Positions 25,609 to 39,192 of a stretch of 64,000 nucleotides of DNA are shown piece by piece. Within the stretch, counting starts at the first letter, position 1, and each line of letters begins with the position of its first letter. The position numbers were made by a program, and so were the translations under genes. The notes under the pieces were generated by a model that was not told the origin of the DNA, searched no databases, and saw only the letters and a list, made by a program, of their open reading frames with translations. The DNA is from Vicugna vicugna (lineage: Eukaryota): the NCBI GenBank assembly GCA_013265495.1, contig MU058337.1, forward strand, positions 6,306,716 to 6,370,715, written 5' to 3'.

Positions 25609-26926
25609 CTGAAAATGGAATGTTGACAGAGAAAGGAGATGTTAACTTTGGAGATGTTAACTAAACATTTATTATAAAAACTCAGTTTGTAAAGACATCT
25701 GTCTCTTCCTGTGGACTGCTCCCCAGTGAAATGATGACTCAAATATAAATGAAGAGAGGGATATGTGGAGACAGAGTTAAATCTCACGTGTCTCTTGATC
25801 ATGCAAGGCATCTTTCCGTACAATTACGTGCACGTGCATTAAGAAAAGGCCCCTCCCCCATCTCAGGAGACAGATACAAATGACATGACAGGTCACAAAA
25901 GACTCCTGGTATATTTCTTCCTTCTTGCCATCGCTCAGAAAGTGTCAGTTCAAAGACAGCATCAAAAAACGTGGTCAAACAGCTGTGCACGGAAATAGTT
26001 AACTTCCCTCACTGAGCACAGAATTCATGTGCTGTGGTTGCAATACTGTGTCATAACTGAGGTTCTGAACCAGATACTGCAGCTTCAGTGTGGACGGAGA
26101 ACATGGGGAAATGAAACAACACTCATTTTGAGAGAAGCAGAGTGTCCCCTGAGCTGTTGGATACACAAAAGTCTCCTGGAAAGACTGGTATCAAAATATG
26201 TTCCTTTTTCCCCTGGGGGCAGGGAGGGCGAGAGTGTCACTATTTATATTTGGACCATGACACTGCTCAGGGAAAGCTCCTGTATTCAGGTCACTGGGGC
26301 TGTGGTCCTGAAAACGCTTTGTGGCCTTGGCCTCTTTTCTAGATGCACTCAGCAGCCTCTAGTTATACATGGGCCCAGACCAAAGACATAGTGCCCCAGG
26401 GATGGGGAAGATCAGTGAAAACAAGCCTACTATCTCAATAAATATTTAATAATAAAGGCGTTCTGAAATATATTTTATGGGGAATTTAATACCTGTTTTA
26501 AATAATATTTATATACTACATTTACTGTAGAAAATAATTCATTAAAGCAATGTGAAATTGCCTTAAGTTTGTGTTAGAACCCTGGACAGCCCTCAGACCA
26601 ATGGGCAAACAAAATATTTAAGCAACAGAGAGGTTGTTCACATAATGCACTTATTATGAACAAAGTCTACATTGTATATACCTGAACATGTCTGAGGCTA
26701 CAACAGGCTTTTTATTAGTTATTTTATACATGAACAGAAGTGATGACATAGTCTTCTGGAAGCAAGACAGTTATGAGGGGCCCTAAATTATCAGGAAGTG
26801 TTGCCCATTCAGCTGAAAAACCATTGTCCTGGTTGGCAAATATACACTGTCATGTAAACGTCCATTCTTGAAGGGGGAAAGAAAAAACATATACACAGAA
26901 TGAGAAGAGAAACGTGTCTTTGACAC

Positions 26927-27020
26927 CTATGCTGGCTCGAAAGTCTTCTCCTCCAAAAACGACTGCATCTAGAAAAAGACCCACTGGAGGCCCGGTCTTT
27001 AGTGTTTCTTCACACACCGC
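26927..27020 (-). CDS. CLYBL: CLYBL coding exon 5 (94 nt): AVCEETLKTGPPVGLFLDAVVFGGEDFRASI(G)
   Basis: Acceptor ttttacag|GCGGTG and donor ATAG|gtgtca, phase 0/1. Contains the FGGEDF CitE-family motif. Confidence 0.97.
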
Positions 27021-28723
27021 CTGTAAAAGAGCAGAACAGAGCCAGATCTCACAGAGATGCACGCATCAGAGGGGAGCAGCATGGTACACTTCAGTGACAG
27101 AAAGCTGCAACTCTTAACACAGTTTGGCTGAAAGCAGTCTTAAAAATGCACCCCAATTCACCCCTTTCGATAGGTATTGAATCTTGTCCAAGATAAGTCT
27201 GTTGCATATATTTGTTTTGCTTAATGAATTACATATAGTTTCATTATTAATATAGTTACAATCTGATCACTAGAGAAACCTTCAAGTTAACTCATTTTGA
27301 CTGTACTATAAGTTATTTCTATTTTTCGAAAATTTGTTTTTGCTTTCAGAGACCCTCCAATAATATACATAAAACCACAGGAGAAAATGAAAGAATTTTT
27401 AAATCAGACTAATTCAATTATTTGCACTGGGATCGAGATTTCTTAGTAACTGGTCTCAGGATTAAAGGCATACAATACAAAAATCAACTACTCCAGAGGG
27501 GAAAATAAAAATGCAACAAGTCAGCCAAGACGTATTAATAAGCACCTTGGACATTTCTATGTGAAAATAAAGATGAATAACAGCCATCTTAGACATGACT
27601 GTGACTCTACAAAGGTGGAGATTCAGCATGCTAATATATATGGGTGGGGAAGACATGAGGAACCGGTGAGGATACTGTTGTTTAATTTCGGGGGCGGTAA
27701 GTGCTTCTAAGTATATTACGGAATAGAATGGTGAATCAGCGCTTAAAATGAAATTACTGTATGAATCTAGTTGCATCTAAGAAATATGCCTTGATTATAT
27801 TCTTGGAGTTCTGGGGCAGGCCGGAAGAATTTGTGGTTAGTGGTATAAACATGCTGATCACGAGGCCTGAAGCAGCCCCCCAAACATTTGCACTCTGCCC
27901 CTCCTGCACGGTCCAGTGGGTCTTAAAGTTTCCTCTCGGAGCGTTTGCCCACGTACTCTCTCCCCAGCACAGTTCAACTATCTTTCTCTGTTTTTGTTTT
28001 AGGGATTTCTTCTCTCCTGCCCTTTGAGATGGGGCACTACAGTGGTGTTTACAGCTCAGGTAGAATATGAGGCATATTGTTTTGGAAAACAATTTAAATG
28101 ACCACTGATAAATTGGAAAAACAAGCTAGCTAAGAACTTAAGGCAAATAGTTTAATGCAACCATATAACAGTGAAATGCTTGGCTCAGCTAATCCTCCTG
28201 AATGTATCTTAGGAAACATTTTATGTTCTAATGTGGCAAGTTGAAATAACATACTACAAATTATTGTGTACACTAACTCAAAAATAGTAACCTTATCTAT
28301 TAGACATTATAATGTTGCTACAAAGAGGCCTGAAAATTTCCCAATAAAAGGCAATTGTTACAAGAGAATAACTGAAAGTTAATTCGTAACAGTGACAAAT
28401 TTTCATGTATATTTATTCTATAAATGTAATAATTCACAGAAAGAATTTACACAATGATTATTCAATTAAAATTATTACTAGGACTATTTCATTTAAATAT
28501 TTAGGACTGGGAAGTTTTCCCTTGCTATTTAGCCAATTTCTTTGTTTTCTAAGATGCTCACAACATGGTTTTGGATTATTATAGATAACAAATGGTGCCC
28601 AAGGTTTACTTTGCTTATAAGTCTTTCTAGAAAAATATTTTAAGATGTTAAAATTGAAAACAAAAGTTCACTTTAGGTAATAAATAAAATACTAACCTAT
28701 TAGCCACATTATGGTTTTCTTAC

Positions 28724-28825
28724 CTTAAAATTGAGCAAACCCATTGCAGTTTCCACAAAAGGGATTAAATTCATAGGTTGTTCAAGTTTTCGGCCTTTCA
28801 AGTAGAACGAAAACTTGTCTGAAAA
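28724..28825 (-). CDS. CLYBL: CLYBL coding exon 4 (102 nt): FSDKFSFYLKGRKLEQPMNLIPFVETAMGLLNFK
   Basis: Acceptor attttag|TTTTCA and donor AAG|gtaaga, phase 0/0. Contains the IPFVET metal-binding Glu motif. Confidence 0.97.
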
Positions 28826-31424
28826 CTAAAATAAAAAGTGTCATAAGTGATTAGTGGGGGGAAGATGTACAATCACTGAACTGTAGACACAGAAATAGTA
28901 TTGAAATCTTTGACCTGAGGAAGTAATATCCCAGACCCTTTCGTCCACACAAAAGTATTAAGTAACAAAGTTCCCACCAAGCTAAATAGCAAAACACCAA
29001 GCACTGTAATTTTTTTTTCCTGAGGGAGCAATTTGAGGCCTAGGACTTAGAGGTGGAAGGAGAGACTCTCCAGTTTAAACGCTTTCCTTGAAAACAGATT
29101 TCCTTAAGCCCTCTCGCCTTCACTTCGTTCAGTGCCAGTGGCAGGCCTCTAAAACAATGCAGGCTTGCTCTACCTGCCATTCTGTTTTTGTTTCGGACCC
29201 AGCACGGACATCAGTGTAACTGTTCAGCAGCCCTCTACATGGAATCCATATTATTCATTATAGCAACACTACCCTTTGTTCAGAGGTTTTTCTTCATAAT
29301 TTTTTAGCTTACCTAGGAAGACCTTAAAAAGGAAGTTTAATTCTTTGAAGACCAAAGCTCGCCAATTTTTTCCATGAGACCAGTTCACAGCTAGCTCTGT
29401 GCTGCCAGTGGGGTAGCCCAAATTCCAAAATCTATCATCTGGAAACATACAAAAGCTCTTGCACAGATCTCCCCCCACCCCTTTCAAAGGGGAAAAAAAA
29501 GAAACCCCACCACACTCTAAATTGTAAATCTATTATGTCTATCTAGATCTAATAAGATGTGGGGAGATAAAACACACACACACACAGGTATGATAAAGAT
29601 ATTTTTGTAAATAAAGATGAAAACATATATATCCATTTTAAATTTAAGGAATATTCAGCCATTAATGGATATCAAAGGAAAAGGGAATTTTAATCATCTC
29701 TCCATTCAGTCTCAGTTGGGTAAATCATATCTAAGAGATTTGCATAAATATAAACCATCAAAGACTTTTCATCTTCAAAGGGGGTTTCAAGACCCTATAA
29801 GCTTTGTACTGTAATCATCGCAGGTCACCACCCTGCAGGAATAGGGCTGCTATGGCAACATAAAAAAACTAATGCTTAAGGCTTAGCATAATATTCTGAC
29901 TAATAGAAAGGAAACTCATTTTAAAAGCTGGCAGCCTATTTACCAGAAGCAGGATTAGAGGTGTTATTTCCCCTTTTAGCTGCCCCCTCCTTGCCTGTGC
30001 AGCCCCCTCCCCACAAAAATCTAATCACTGGGATCTTTAAAAAGCTTTTGAGCAATTTGCAGTAACTTTACAATTAGGCTAAAATAAATCACAGCTTTCA
30101 GTAATGAAGAATTATTCTCAGTTGCTCCCACTGCCCCCTCCCTTACTCCGACACCATCACCATCACCTCCTTAGTAACTTTGCAAGGGAAGGAATAACTC
30201 AACCAAAATAGCAAGAATGAAGAGAAGGCTACAATTTAAGGGGACAAAATGTATAGCACTCCATGAAAATGAAAATAAAACATAATTCATGTCATATTTA
30301 AGCTAGAAAATTGGTAGTAAAATATTAGTGGTTTTGGTTAGTGTTACCTATGCAGTGGAGGAATTTTTTTTCTCATTAAAAAAAGACTTGCAACATTACT
30401 TGCCCCATTCTTTGTGATAATAGTTATAATCAGAAAACCTGTAAAGTTGAAAACTAGGTAAACCCTTTACAACATCTATCCTGTTCCTAGTGAGAAAAGT
30501 CCCTGATGCCTTTTGTTTTTAAGCCAACAGGGGCATTTAAAAATTAAATATTCTAGCCCATCCTCCTTCTCCTCCTCCCCTTCTTTCTTAAAAAATTGCA
30601 CTAAGTACTACACAAAAGGTAACTAGTGGAGAAGTTTCAATTAATTTTTTCAAAAGGAGACGATTAAATGTTTCCGGCCTGGTAAAGTGTTCATTTCAGC
30701 GAGGTGGAGGGGACTGGGGGGGCGGGTGGAGGAAAAGAAGGGGGAAAATCACAAAGAGATTGGGGAGGAGATGAAGTAGCAGGGCTCAGCAATTCTTTCA
30801 ATTCCAGTGCACACCCAATAGTGTGTTGGAAGAATGCACCCTGTTCGGGATTTGTGGGAGAATTGTCCCACGACAAAGGAGGCAGAGTCACGCTTGTTAT
30901 AGTCCAATAAGCCGTGCCAGTCAAACAAGAACCCACACTAGCGACAAACGGCCAGCAAGAGATTCTCACACAAAAGAAAACAAGGAAGCCCCTCTTTCAG
31001 TTGTGCATCAGGCTCTGGGTTTTATGCTTCACATAAATACAAACGGAGAGGAAAAAATAAACAGCCCCAAAGACTTCTGTTAACTAGAAATCCTATTTAG
31101 GATTTCGGTACGTTCCTCACATCCAAGGATTTAAAACAGTGAACAGAAGCCGTAGCTGAAGGCTGGGGTGAGTCCTCCCCTCTTAAATGAGGGGTAATAA
31201 CGGTGATAAATAGGCATTAGCTATGAAACCAAAAGGGAACAGTGACTTCAGATTCCAGTTCAATCAACTGAAGACACATTCGAACAGGGCAGGCACCCGT
31301 GAGGACATGAACCTACTATCACCAGGATCTCCCAGCTTCTGAGGGGCGACCTTGATGAGGAGAACTCCAGTTTAGAAAGTAAATAAGGGCCCTTGAACTC
31401 TGGTCTTTAAGAAGACTCCAACGC

Positions 31425-31745
31425 GGAGCTGTCCAACAGAAAAATAATGGCTGCTCCCTATGTGATTCTAAACTTTCTAGTAGCTACATTAAAAGGAGTA
31501 AGATGAAACAGGTGAATTCAATTTTAATAATAGGTTTATTTAATCCAGTAGATCTGAAATATTATCATTTCAACATGTAACCAACATAAAAATTGTGGAG
31601 ATAATTTACATCCTTTTTTTAGGGGTGGGGGTGCTATGAAGTCTTCGAAGCTCCATGTGTATCTTACACTTACAACACATCTCAATTTGGACTTGCCACA
31701 TCTCAAGTGCTCAGTAGCCAAATGTGTTAGGAAGCCAGGCACTGG
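31425..31745. mobile_element. MER33/MER3-like hAT-Charlie DNA transposon
   Basis: gctgtccaacaga...tttctagtagctacattaaaa...acatctcaatttggacttgccacatctcaagtgctcagtagcca. Confidence 0.7.
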
Positions 31746-32699
31746 AGAGCACAGATCTAACATATCTACATGCATGAAAAAGGTGAGCAGTTTCCTTGGG
31801 TACCACAGCTAGTACTCAGTGTATCACTTCAGTTGAAGCCACAGCCTTAGACATCACCCCAGATGTGGCATCAAAATCACCACCTTTCCCAGCCTTCCAG
31901 CACCTGGGTGTCCCGGGCCCCCTGCCCTGGAGTGGCACAATGGAACTGTATTTTATTCAGCCGAGATCTGCAGAGTCATAGTAACCTCTAAATAAAACCT
32001 AGCCTCCCTTCGGGTCCACAACCTCCCTTTAACAATTAAAATAATCATAGTAGAATTAGGCCCATTTCAAAGTTTTCTTAAGTAATTTGACATGCCAGGG
32101 TTTTATTGGCTTAAAAGTCTGTCATGAAACAAACACACCTGTCAGCAATTTAAAAAGGACGAACTAGAAAACTGTTCAGGAAATAATATCTGCGCTAATT
32201 AAAACCACTAGTTAAAAGCTTCCTGTCTCTTCCTCTAGTTGCCCTAAGGAGTGACCTTTTCCTCTCCTCTTCTAGGTTCGTTTTTCCCTTTGTGGCTAAT
32301 GCGTTTTCGCTGTCTGTAATGACTTCAAATGAATCTGCTTAAGAGCCAAGCACATCACTGCTCTTCCAGGTGGAGGGTTAAGGCCTGGCCAGTGTAGTCT
32401 CGGGTAAGCTGGTTTCCAGAGGTTGCTCTGGAGGAAGCTGTTCTGTCTAAACCACAGATCTGTTTGGGCAACAGAAGCATCATTTCAGTAAAGAGCTGTT
32501 CCACTGAACACTGAGGGCAACACCAGGTTCTCCTTGTGTGAAGGAAATGTTCTTTGGGGCCCACTTCTTTTGCTCAGTTCCCTTCCTCTCTGCTCTGTGT
32601 ATGCATTCTCAAAACCTGCAACATCCAAAGCCTTTGTTTCTGCTACTCCTTCTTAGCCATCCCCAAGTCTTTAATGAAAGCAAAGCATGAGCTACTCAC

Positions 32700-32888
32700 C
32701 CACTGGATTTCTTCAGGACCTTCCACCTTCGGGAGCATGAGGCTGGAAGGCAGGACCCGGGACTGCAGGAGGGCCTCCAGGTCTTTTTCGGCCAGACCAC
32801 TGGACACTGAGTTGATTCTCACACATTTTTCAGTTGCGCCCAGATCAAAGTCTTCGAGAGTTTTTACTATTCTCAATCGAGCTTCATT
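32700..32888 (-). CDS. CLYBL: CLYBL coding exon 3 (189 nt): NEARLRIVKTLEDFDLGATEKCVRINSVSSGLAEKDLEALLQSRVLPSSLMLPKVEGPEEIQW
   Basis: Acceptor ttatag|AATGAA and donor TGG|gtgagt, phase 0/0. HpcH/HpaI (CitE-like) motifs VRIN and LMLPKVE. Confidence 0.97.
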
Positions 32889-35800
32889 CTATAAGTGTAG
32901 ATAAAACATATCTCCTAAGTTTATTTATCATTGATAGAAAACACAATCAAACCATCCATGAAACTGCTCTGTGGATTCAGAGTCTGAGCACCATTACTGT
33001 ATCTATTATGTCCACCAAATGAGTGGCATTTGAAATGAGTCATCCAATCTGATGGGCAAGTAATTGATTTCTAGACTTGATTCAAGGTGACGACAGTGAG
33101 ATGAACACCACTATAATGCATGTTGGTGAATCTCGGTCATTAGCATTACTTCCTAATTGAAAGCGTAAAATAATGAATAGGTGGCATTTACTGAGCATTT
33201 ACTAAGCACCAGACATGGTGCCAAGTGCTTTACCTTTATTTTCTCATTTAATAAATACAGGAAACCAGATAACATACGGATAATGGTGGTCTTGACTGTA
33301 GCATATTCACATTAGGGAAAAAATATAAGGATTTGTTTTTCTCTTTCCACATGCTTCTTGCTTTTTTATTCACTTAAAAAATTCTTTTTGCAACTGAGTT
33401 GAATCTTGACATTCAATTAAGAATGCGCTCACAGGAAATGACACTCCATACTACAACAAAGCTCTAACTTATTCAGATGGAAGGCAATAATACCACCAAG
33501 AAATCCCTTCATGAAGTGGTAGACAAATACATTTTTTTCTTTGATTTGACAGTCTTTGGTCCACAGTTAAGAAAAGCTGAAACGCTGAAAGTCTGCTTTA
33601 GTATTTGAATTATCCCCAGAGAAACTGTATGAAACCAAACATGTAATTTATTGGCTCTGAGCTGGGGATGAAGGTAGGGCAGGGGGTGGGGAGAGGGGAG
33701 TGCACTGAGGAGGGGGGCAGGGGGGCTGGAATTGGGAGAAAGAAAGCACTTGGGGTCATTACTTCCTGCCAATTTCAGTTTCAAAAACAAACTCCTCCAA
33801 CTTGCCAATAGCCCTCAACAAATTCTCATTGTCAGAATGAACACTTATCAAAAGTAGTTTCATTTGGGAAGGGTTTTTATGATACTAATAAAACTTTAAA
33901 GCTTCTCACTGCTGATGAAGTGGTTTGGAAAAAAAAAAGTCCTAACAATGTACAGCCATTTGAACAGCAACACTTACCTAGAAAAATAGCAAACCAAAGC
34001 AGAGAGGAAAAAGAATCATTTAAGCCAATATTGAGACTAAGTCCAATCAAGGAGACGAGCCAGGACAGTAGATTTAAACCAGACGGATATAGGTCTATGA
34101 CCGGGTGGAAGCAGGGAAGGCCTCCAAATGTGGTCTGAGTTAGACGGTGTGAGGAAACCAGCTTAGAGCTGTCAGGTCAGATGGAAGCAGAGTACCGGTG
34201 TAGGAGCAGTTTAAGACAGCTCTGCGGAATCCTAACTCACTGAGTTCTGACTGCCAATAATTAGGCCAGGCTTAGACAACGGCAAGAGAGAGCACACACT
34301 AGCTCAATGGAGGGAAGATGCAGCAGCCAGTGGCTTGGTCCTACACCGTGCTGTGGGCCGTTCCACAGCGATGAAACGCATCCACTTGCTCTATCATGCC
34401 CTCTTGCTATGATCACTAAATAGGAAAATCCTGAAGGTGAAGAGCAGAAGCCAGCTCAATAGCATGATTCCAAGGATGCTTCCTACGTAAATTTAGATCC
34501 ACGGCCTCAGAGAGCCTAGGATGCGCTATGCTCCGTGTAGTGAAGCACAGCCACAAACTCGGGATGGTCCAGCTTGGAAACATTGTGACTTCCAGGGTTG
34601 CTTTCAAGAGCAGGTCGGGCTTGTAAAGGGTCTATTGGGACAAAGTGAATGGAAAACGGAAGGGAACTAACGAGATCGTTTAGGCTGAAGCACATTTTAA
34701 AACTTGAGTTATTTGAACCATCATTTCCATCCTGCAGTTTAATCTGCATGCGCGCTCAAGGACACAGGATCCCTGGCAACATCAACTTCCTAAACTGTTA
34801 ATGTTGGTGTCAAACAAAATCTGACTTCTAAGCTGTTTTGCTGTTTCACTTGGATTTGGAGGGGACTGTTTGTTCAAAGCTCATTTTCTAAACCTGTTTG
34901 TGATTTTTATCTGAAGTCAGATTACCATGGTTTCAGCACATTCTGGTTTACTTAGTAAAATTTAGCCCTTGTGAAATTGGCTGCAAATGAAGGACCCCAT
35001 TCCAACTTCAGGCATAATCTGATTAGTACTTTTAATGTTATAATAATGAGCAGTGAATACTCAGCATTTTATTAGACTTTTTTTTCCTCTTTCTGGCTCA
35101 GAATTAAAACCAAGCTCTTTCCACTTCATCATTCTGTACCTTTCCAAAAAAAGATGACGGCTTTGGAAGTATATTGCCATACAACACTCTTACTAACAGG
35201 CTGTTGCTTGTGGCAATTTACATAAACCAAGTGTGCATCCCTCTGCTGTGTCTCCCCAAATATCCAACAACTTCACTGAATTTACACCAACCAACAAGAA
35301 TGTTGATTTTTTTTTCTTTTTGATATTTTAATGGTGAAATATGTTACTGTGCTAGCACACACACCCATACCATCTGTTGGGTGAGAGGAAGGCAGTTTCT
35401 AAGAACAATTAAGTTTAGTTCTGAGTGTTCAGCGAGAGAGAGCCACAGTCCACCAGTTGTGAAAAGAAAGAAATTCTGTTCATGCTGTTCTCTCTCACAC
35501 GTACCTTATTTCTTGCTACCGTCTCTCTTACATCGCTCTCATCTCCATCACCTCACTCCCTTCACTCTTTCAATCTCTTTTTCTCTGGCTGCTGTTTGGC
35601 CCTGACCATTCCTCCAATTTCCATCTCATTAGGGGGATTAGTGAGACTCAGCCTGGCAGACACCACCTTCTCAGAAGGGCTACCCAGGTGATCTGCTGAG
35701 ATTATTGGGAGGTAAGTAATCCCTGGAGAAAGAAGGAAAAGGAAATGAAAGCAAAAAGAGGCCACTGAAAAACGACTCTTTTTTTCGTGGGGGGTCTCTT

Positions 35801-37629
35801 ACATTCTGGTCACAAAATGGGTTGTTTAAAATGAGGTTTAGAGAAACTGCATTCTAGACGCATTAACACGACAGGATGGCCTTGGTAAGCATTTCTCAGT
35901 ACAGAATGAACTTGTCCTCCTAAGATCTGACAACCTGAAAGAGGGAACAATGAAATCAAGGAGCTTCAGCGACAGTTACATTAGATTTTTTGCGGAGACT
36001 AAATACCATCGTGTGTTCTAATGTTTGATTCCAGAGGCGGGTTTTGCAGAGGTCACAAAGAAAGTTGGCATGGATTGGAATCTTCCCAGGCCCTGGTTTA
36101 AAAGGTGGTGTTACTAAAGTTCCCACATTCAATCGATATTTCGTGCCATGGGCGGCTCAGTGCAGTGGACCAATGGCTAATAAACTTGTCCTTATACATA
36201 AGCCACCGTATTATGTGACTCTGTCTGGGCCAGGAACCAAGGCGTGCTATGATTTCAGAGATGGGGTTCTTATCACCTGGGGAAGAGACACGCTCTGCTG
36301 ACGTAAGAAAGCGGATAAATCAACCATCACCAAGACCTGCAGACTCCGAAATTAAAGGAGAAAATACGCGTGCAGTTGGTTCAATTGGCACCCATTAAAG
36401 CTAATAACTAATCATCCTCACAAGTTTCTAGCTCAGAATGATCAAATCTGCAAAGAAAACAACATCCGTCCGCTTTTACACTCCACTGGAAGAGGTGGTC
36501 CCTCGCGGCGGGGCGGCACAGTCTCGCCATCTGGAGAATAAATCGAGTGTGAAGTACAGTATAGTTTGGGACCAAGCTCCGTGGCGGCAGCTCAGCAGTC
36601 AGTTCATTAGTTCCAAACTTCCAGGGATTAGAGCAGCATCAATTCTACTGTCGGATAGGAAGAGACAGACAGGACACGAGATTCAAGGAGGATTGTGACA
36701 ACCAGGAGAAGCCCCTTGGGCTTATTTATGAAACTACAAAGTATAAACATACCCAAATAAGTGCCTTAAATAATAGCATTATTACAGTTTCATAACATCT
36801 GAATTAACACCTTTCTCTTCCTCCACCCCCGCCCCCCAAACTTTGTATGTTAATATACAGTTGTTTTCAGAGGAAATTGCAAAGACGACCCTGGATGCAA
36901 CAGGAGCAGTGAGAGAGCCATGCGGCCGAAAAGAGACTTGGTAATTAAGAAATACGAAAGACTTTCTAGGCTCCAGGGAGATGCATAACTTCTGTGATTT
37001 TTGAAAGTGAGCAGTTAATAGTTTCATCCTACAAAAGGCAAATCGCCATGCTACATATTCAAAACCACTAGTGAATTCTGTCATTTCTGAGTCTGTCCAT
37101 CTCATTCCCCTTCCATTTTATGTAATTATGTCATCATTTTATGTAAAATGTCATAGGCATGGAGTGGATCAAATCTGGGGCAGAAGTCTTTGATATGAGC
37201 ACCTATACGAAAAGTGTTTTGTGAAACTTTTGGGATCGTTTGGTTTAAGATAAAAAATTCTGATGAATTGTTCCATTTAAGGATCTCCTTTTTCATATAA
37301 CTTCTCTTTATACATGTCTATTAAAAAACAGAAGTGCCTGTGTCATAAACATGTTATCACTAGTATATTATTATATTTTTCTTACAAATGTATAAAAATG
37401 TATTCTAATCACAGAGACTGTTGTAGTGACTGCATTAGAAAAGAAGACAAATTCTCACTGATTATTACAATCTGATAGTGTTTCTTTAGGTAAGGTGATA
37501 GTGTTAAGTTTTGTATCCCATTGTTTTTCCCACATTAAAAAAGATTTAGGTTTGCCTATTTTTGAAAAAAGAAAATCTATAGCAATATTGAACATACCAT
37601 GAGTTAACTGGTTTAAAATTTCATTCACT

Positions 37630-38700
37630 GATAATACCAAAAGCACAGGTAACAACAATAACAAAAATAAATAAATTTGATTTCATGAAAAATTTTAAAT
37701 GTTGTACATCAAAAAGCACTATCAGGAGAGTAAGAAGGCAACCCACACGATGGGAGAGAATATTTGCAAATCATATATCTGACAAAGGAACATATATTCT
37801 GAATATATACAGAACTCCTAAACCTCAACAACAACAAAACAAACAACACAATTCAAAAATGGGCAAAGGACTTGAACAGACATTTTTCCAAAGAAGATGT
37901 ACAAATGGCCAATAAGCACAAGAAAAGATGCTCAATATTACTGATCACTAGGGAAATGCAAATTAAAACCTTAATGAGATACCACTTCACACCCATTAGG
38001 ATGGCTACCATCAAAAAAAAAAAAACAAACAAAAAAAACACGCACAAAAAAAAACTTTTGTGCACTATTGGTAGAAATGTAAAATGGTATAGGCGCTAAA
38101 GAAAATAGTATGGTGGTTTCTCAAAAAATTAAAAATAGAATTAGCATGTGATACTGCAATTTCACTTCCGGGTATGTACCCAAAAGCAGCAAAAGCAGGT
38201 CTTGAAGAGATTATTTGTACACCCATGTTTACAGCAGCACTTTTCACAATAGCTAAAACCTGGAAGCAATCCAAGTGTCCACTGACAGAAGAATGGATAA
38301 ACAAGATGTGTTAAATACGTACAATGGAATATTATTCAACTTTAAAAAGGAAATTCTGACACATGCTTCAACATGGATAAACTCTGAAGACATATGCTAA
38401 GTGAAATAAGCCAGTCACAAAAAGACAACTACTGTTTGATTCCACTTATACGAGGTGCTTAAGAGCAGTCAAAATCATAGAGATAGAAAGTGAAGTGGTG
38501 GTGGCCAGGGGCTGGGGGGAGGAGGGTGGGAGTTATTGTTTAATGGGTACAGGACTTCAGTTTTACAAAATGAAAAGAGTTATGGGAATAGATAATGGTT
38601 GGACAACAGTGTGAATGTATTTAATAACCACTTAGTGATACACTTAAAATGGTTAAGACAGTGAATTTTCTGTTATATGTATTTGATTACAATAAACAAA
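37630..38700 (+). mobile_element. 5'-truncated LINE-1 (ORF2 C-terminus + 3' UTR, L1MB-like), degenerate
   Basis: ORF fragments RQPTRWERIFANHISDKG and [19 protein letters not shown]...[18 protein letters not shown] are L1 ORF2. Typical 3' UTR and A-rich end. Confidence 0.9.
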
Positions 38701-39192
38701 GAGAAAGAAAATTCATTTATTGATTTCACTCAACAAATGATTATACCCCAGGCACTCTGTTTGCTCTGAAACCGTAGACTCGGTAGAGCAAGTTTCTGAT
38801 GTGTTAATCATGAAAGATCCTTTAAAATACAGGTTTATTAAAATGCCAAATCAACTTTCATTCAAAGGACTAAGAAGGTTCAGGATGTGCATGGGTGGGC
38901 ACACTGGCGTACAAACAGCTCTTTGAGTTTCTGTTTTCAATTTTGGGAGGTATATACCCAGGAGAAAGAATTGCTGGGCATATAGTAACTCTATGTTCAG
39001 CTTTTTGAGGATCTGCCAAACTGTTTTCCACAATGGTTGCACCATTTTACAGTCCCATCAGCAATGTATCAGAGTTTCAAATTTCTCCACACCCTTGCCA
39101 ACACATTACTTTTTCCTTCGTTTATTTGTTTTTGACAGTAGCCATCCCAGTGGGTGTGATATGGTATGTCATTGGGATTTTGCTTTGCATTT

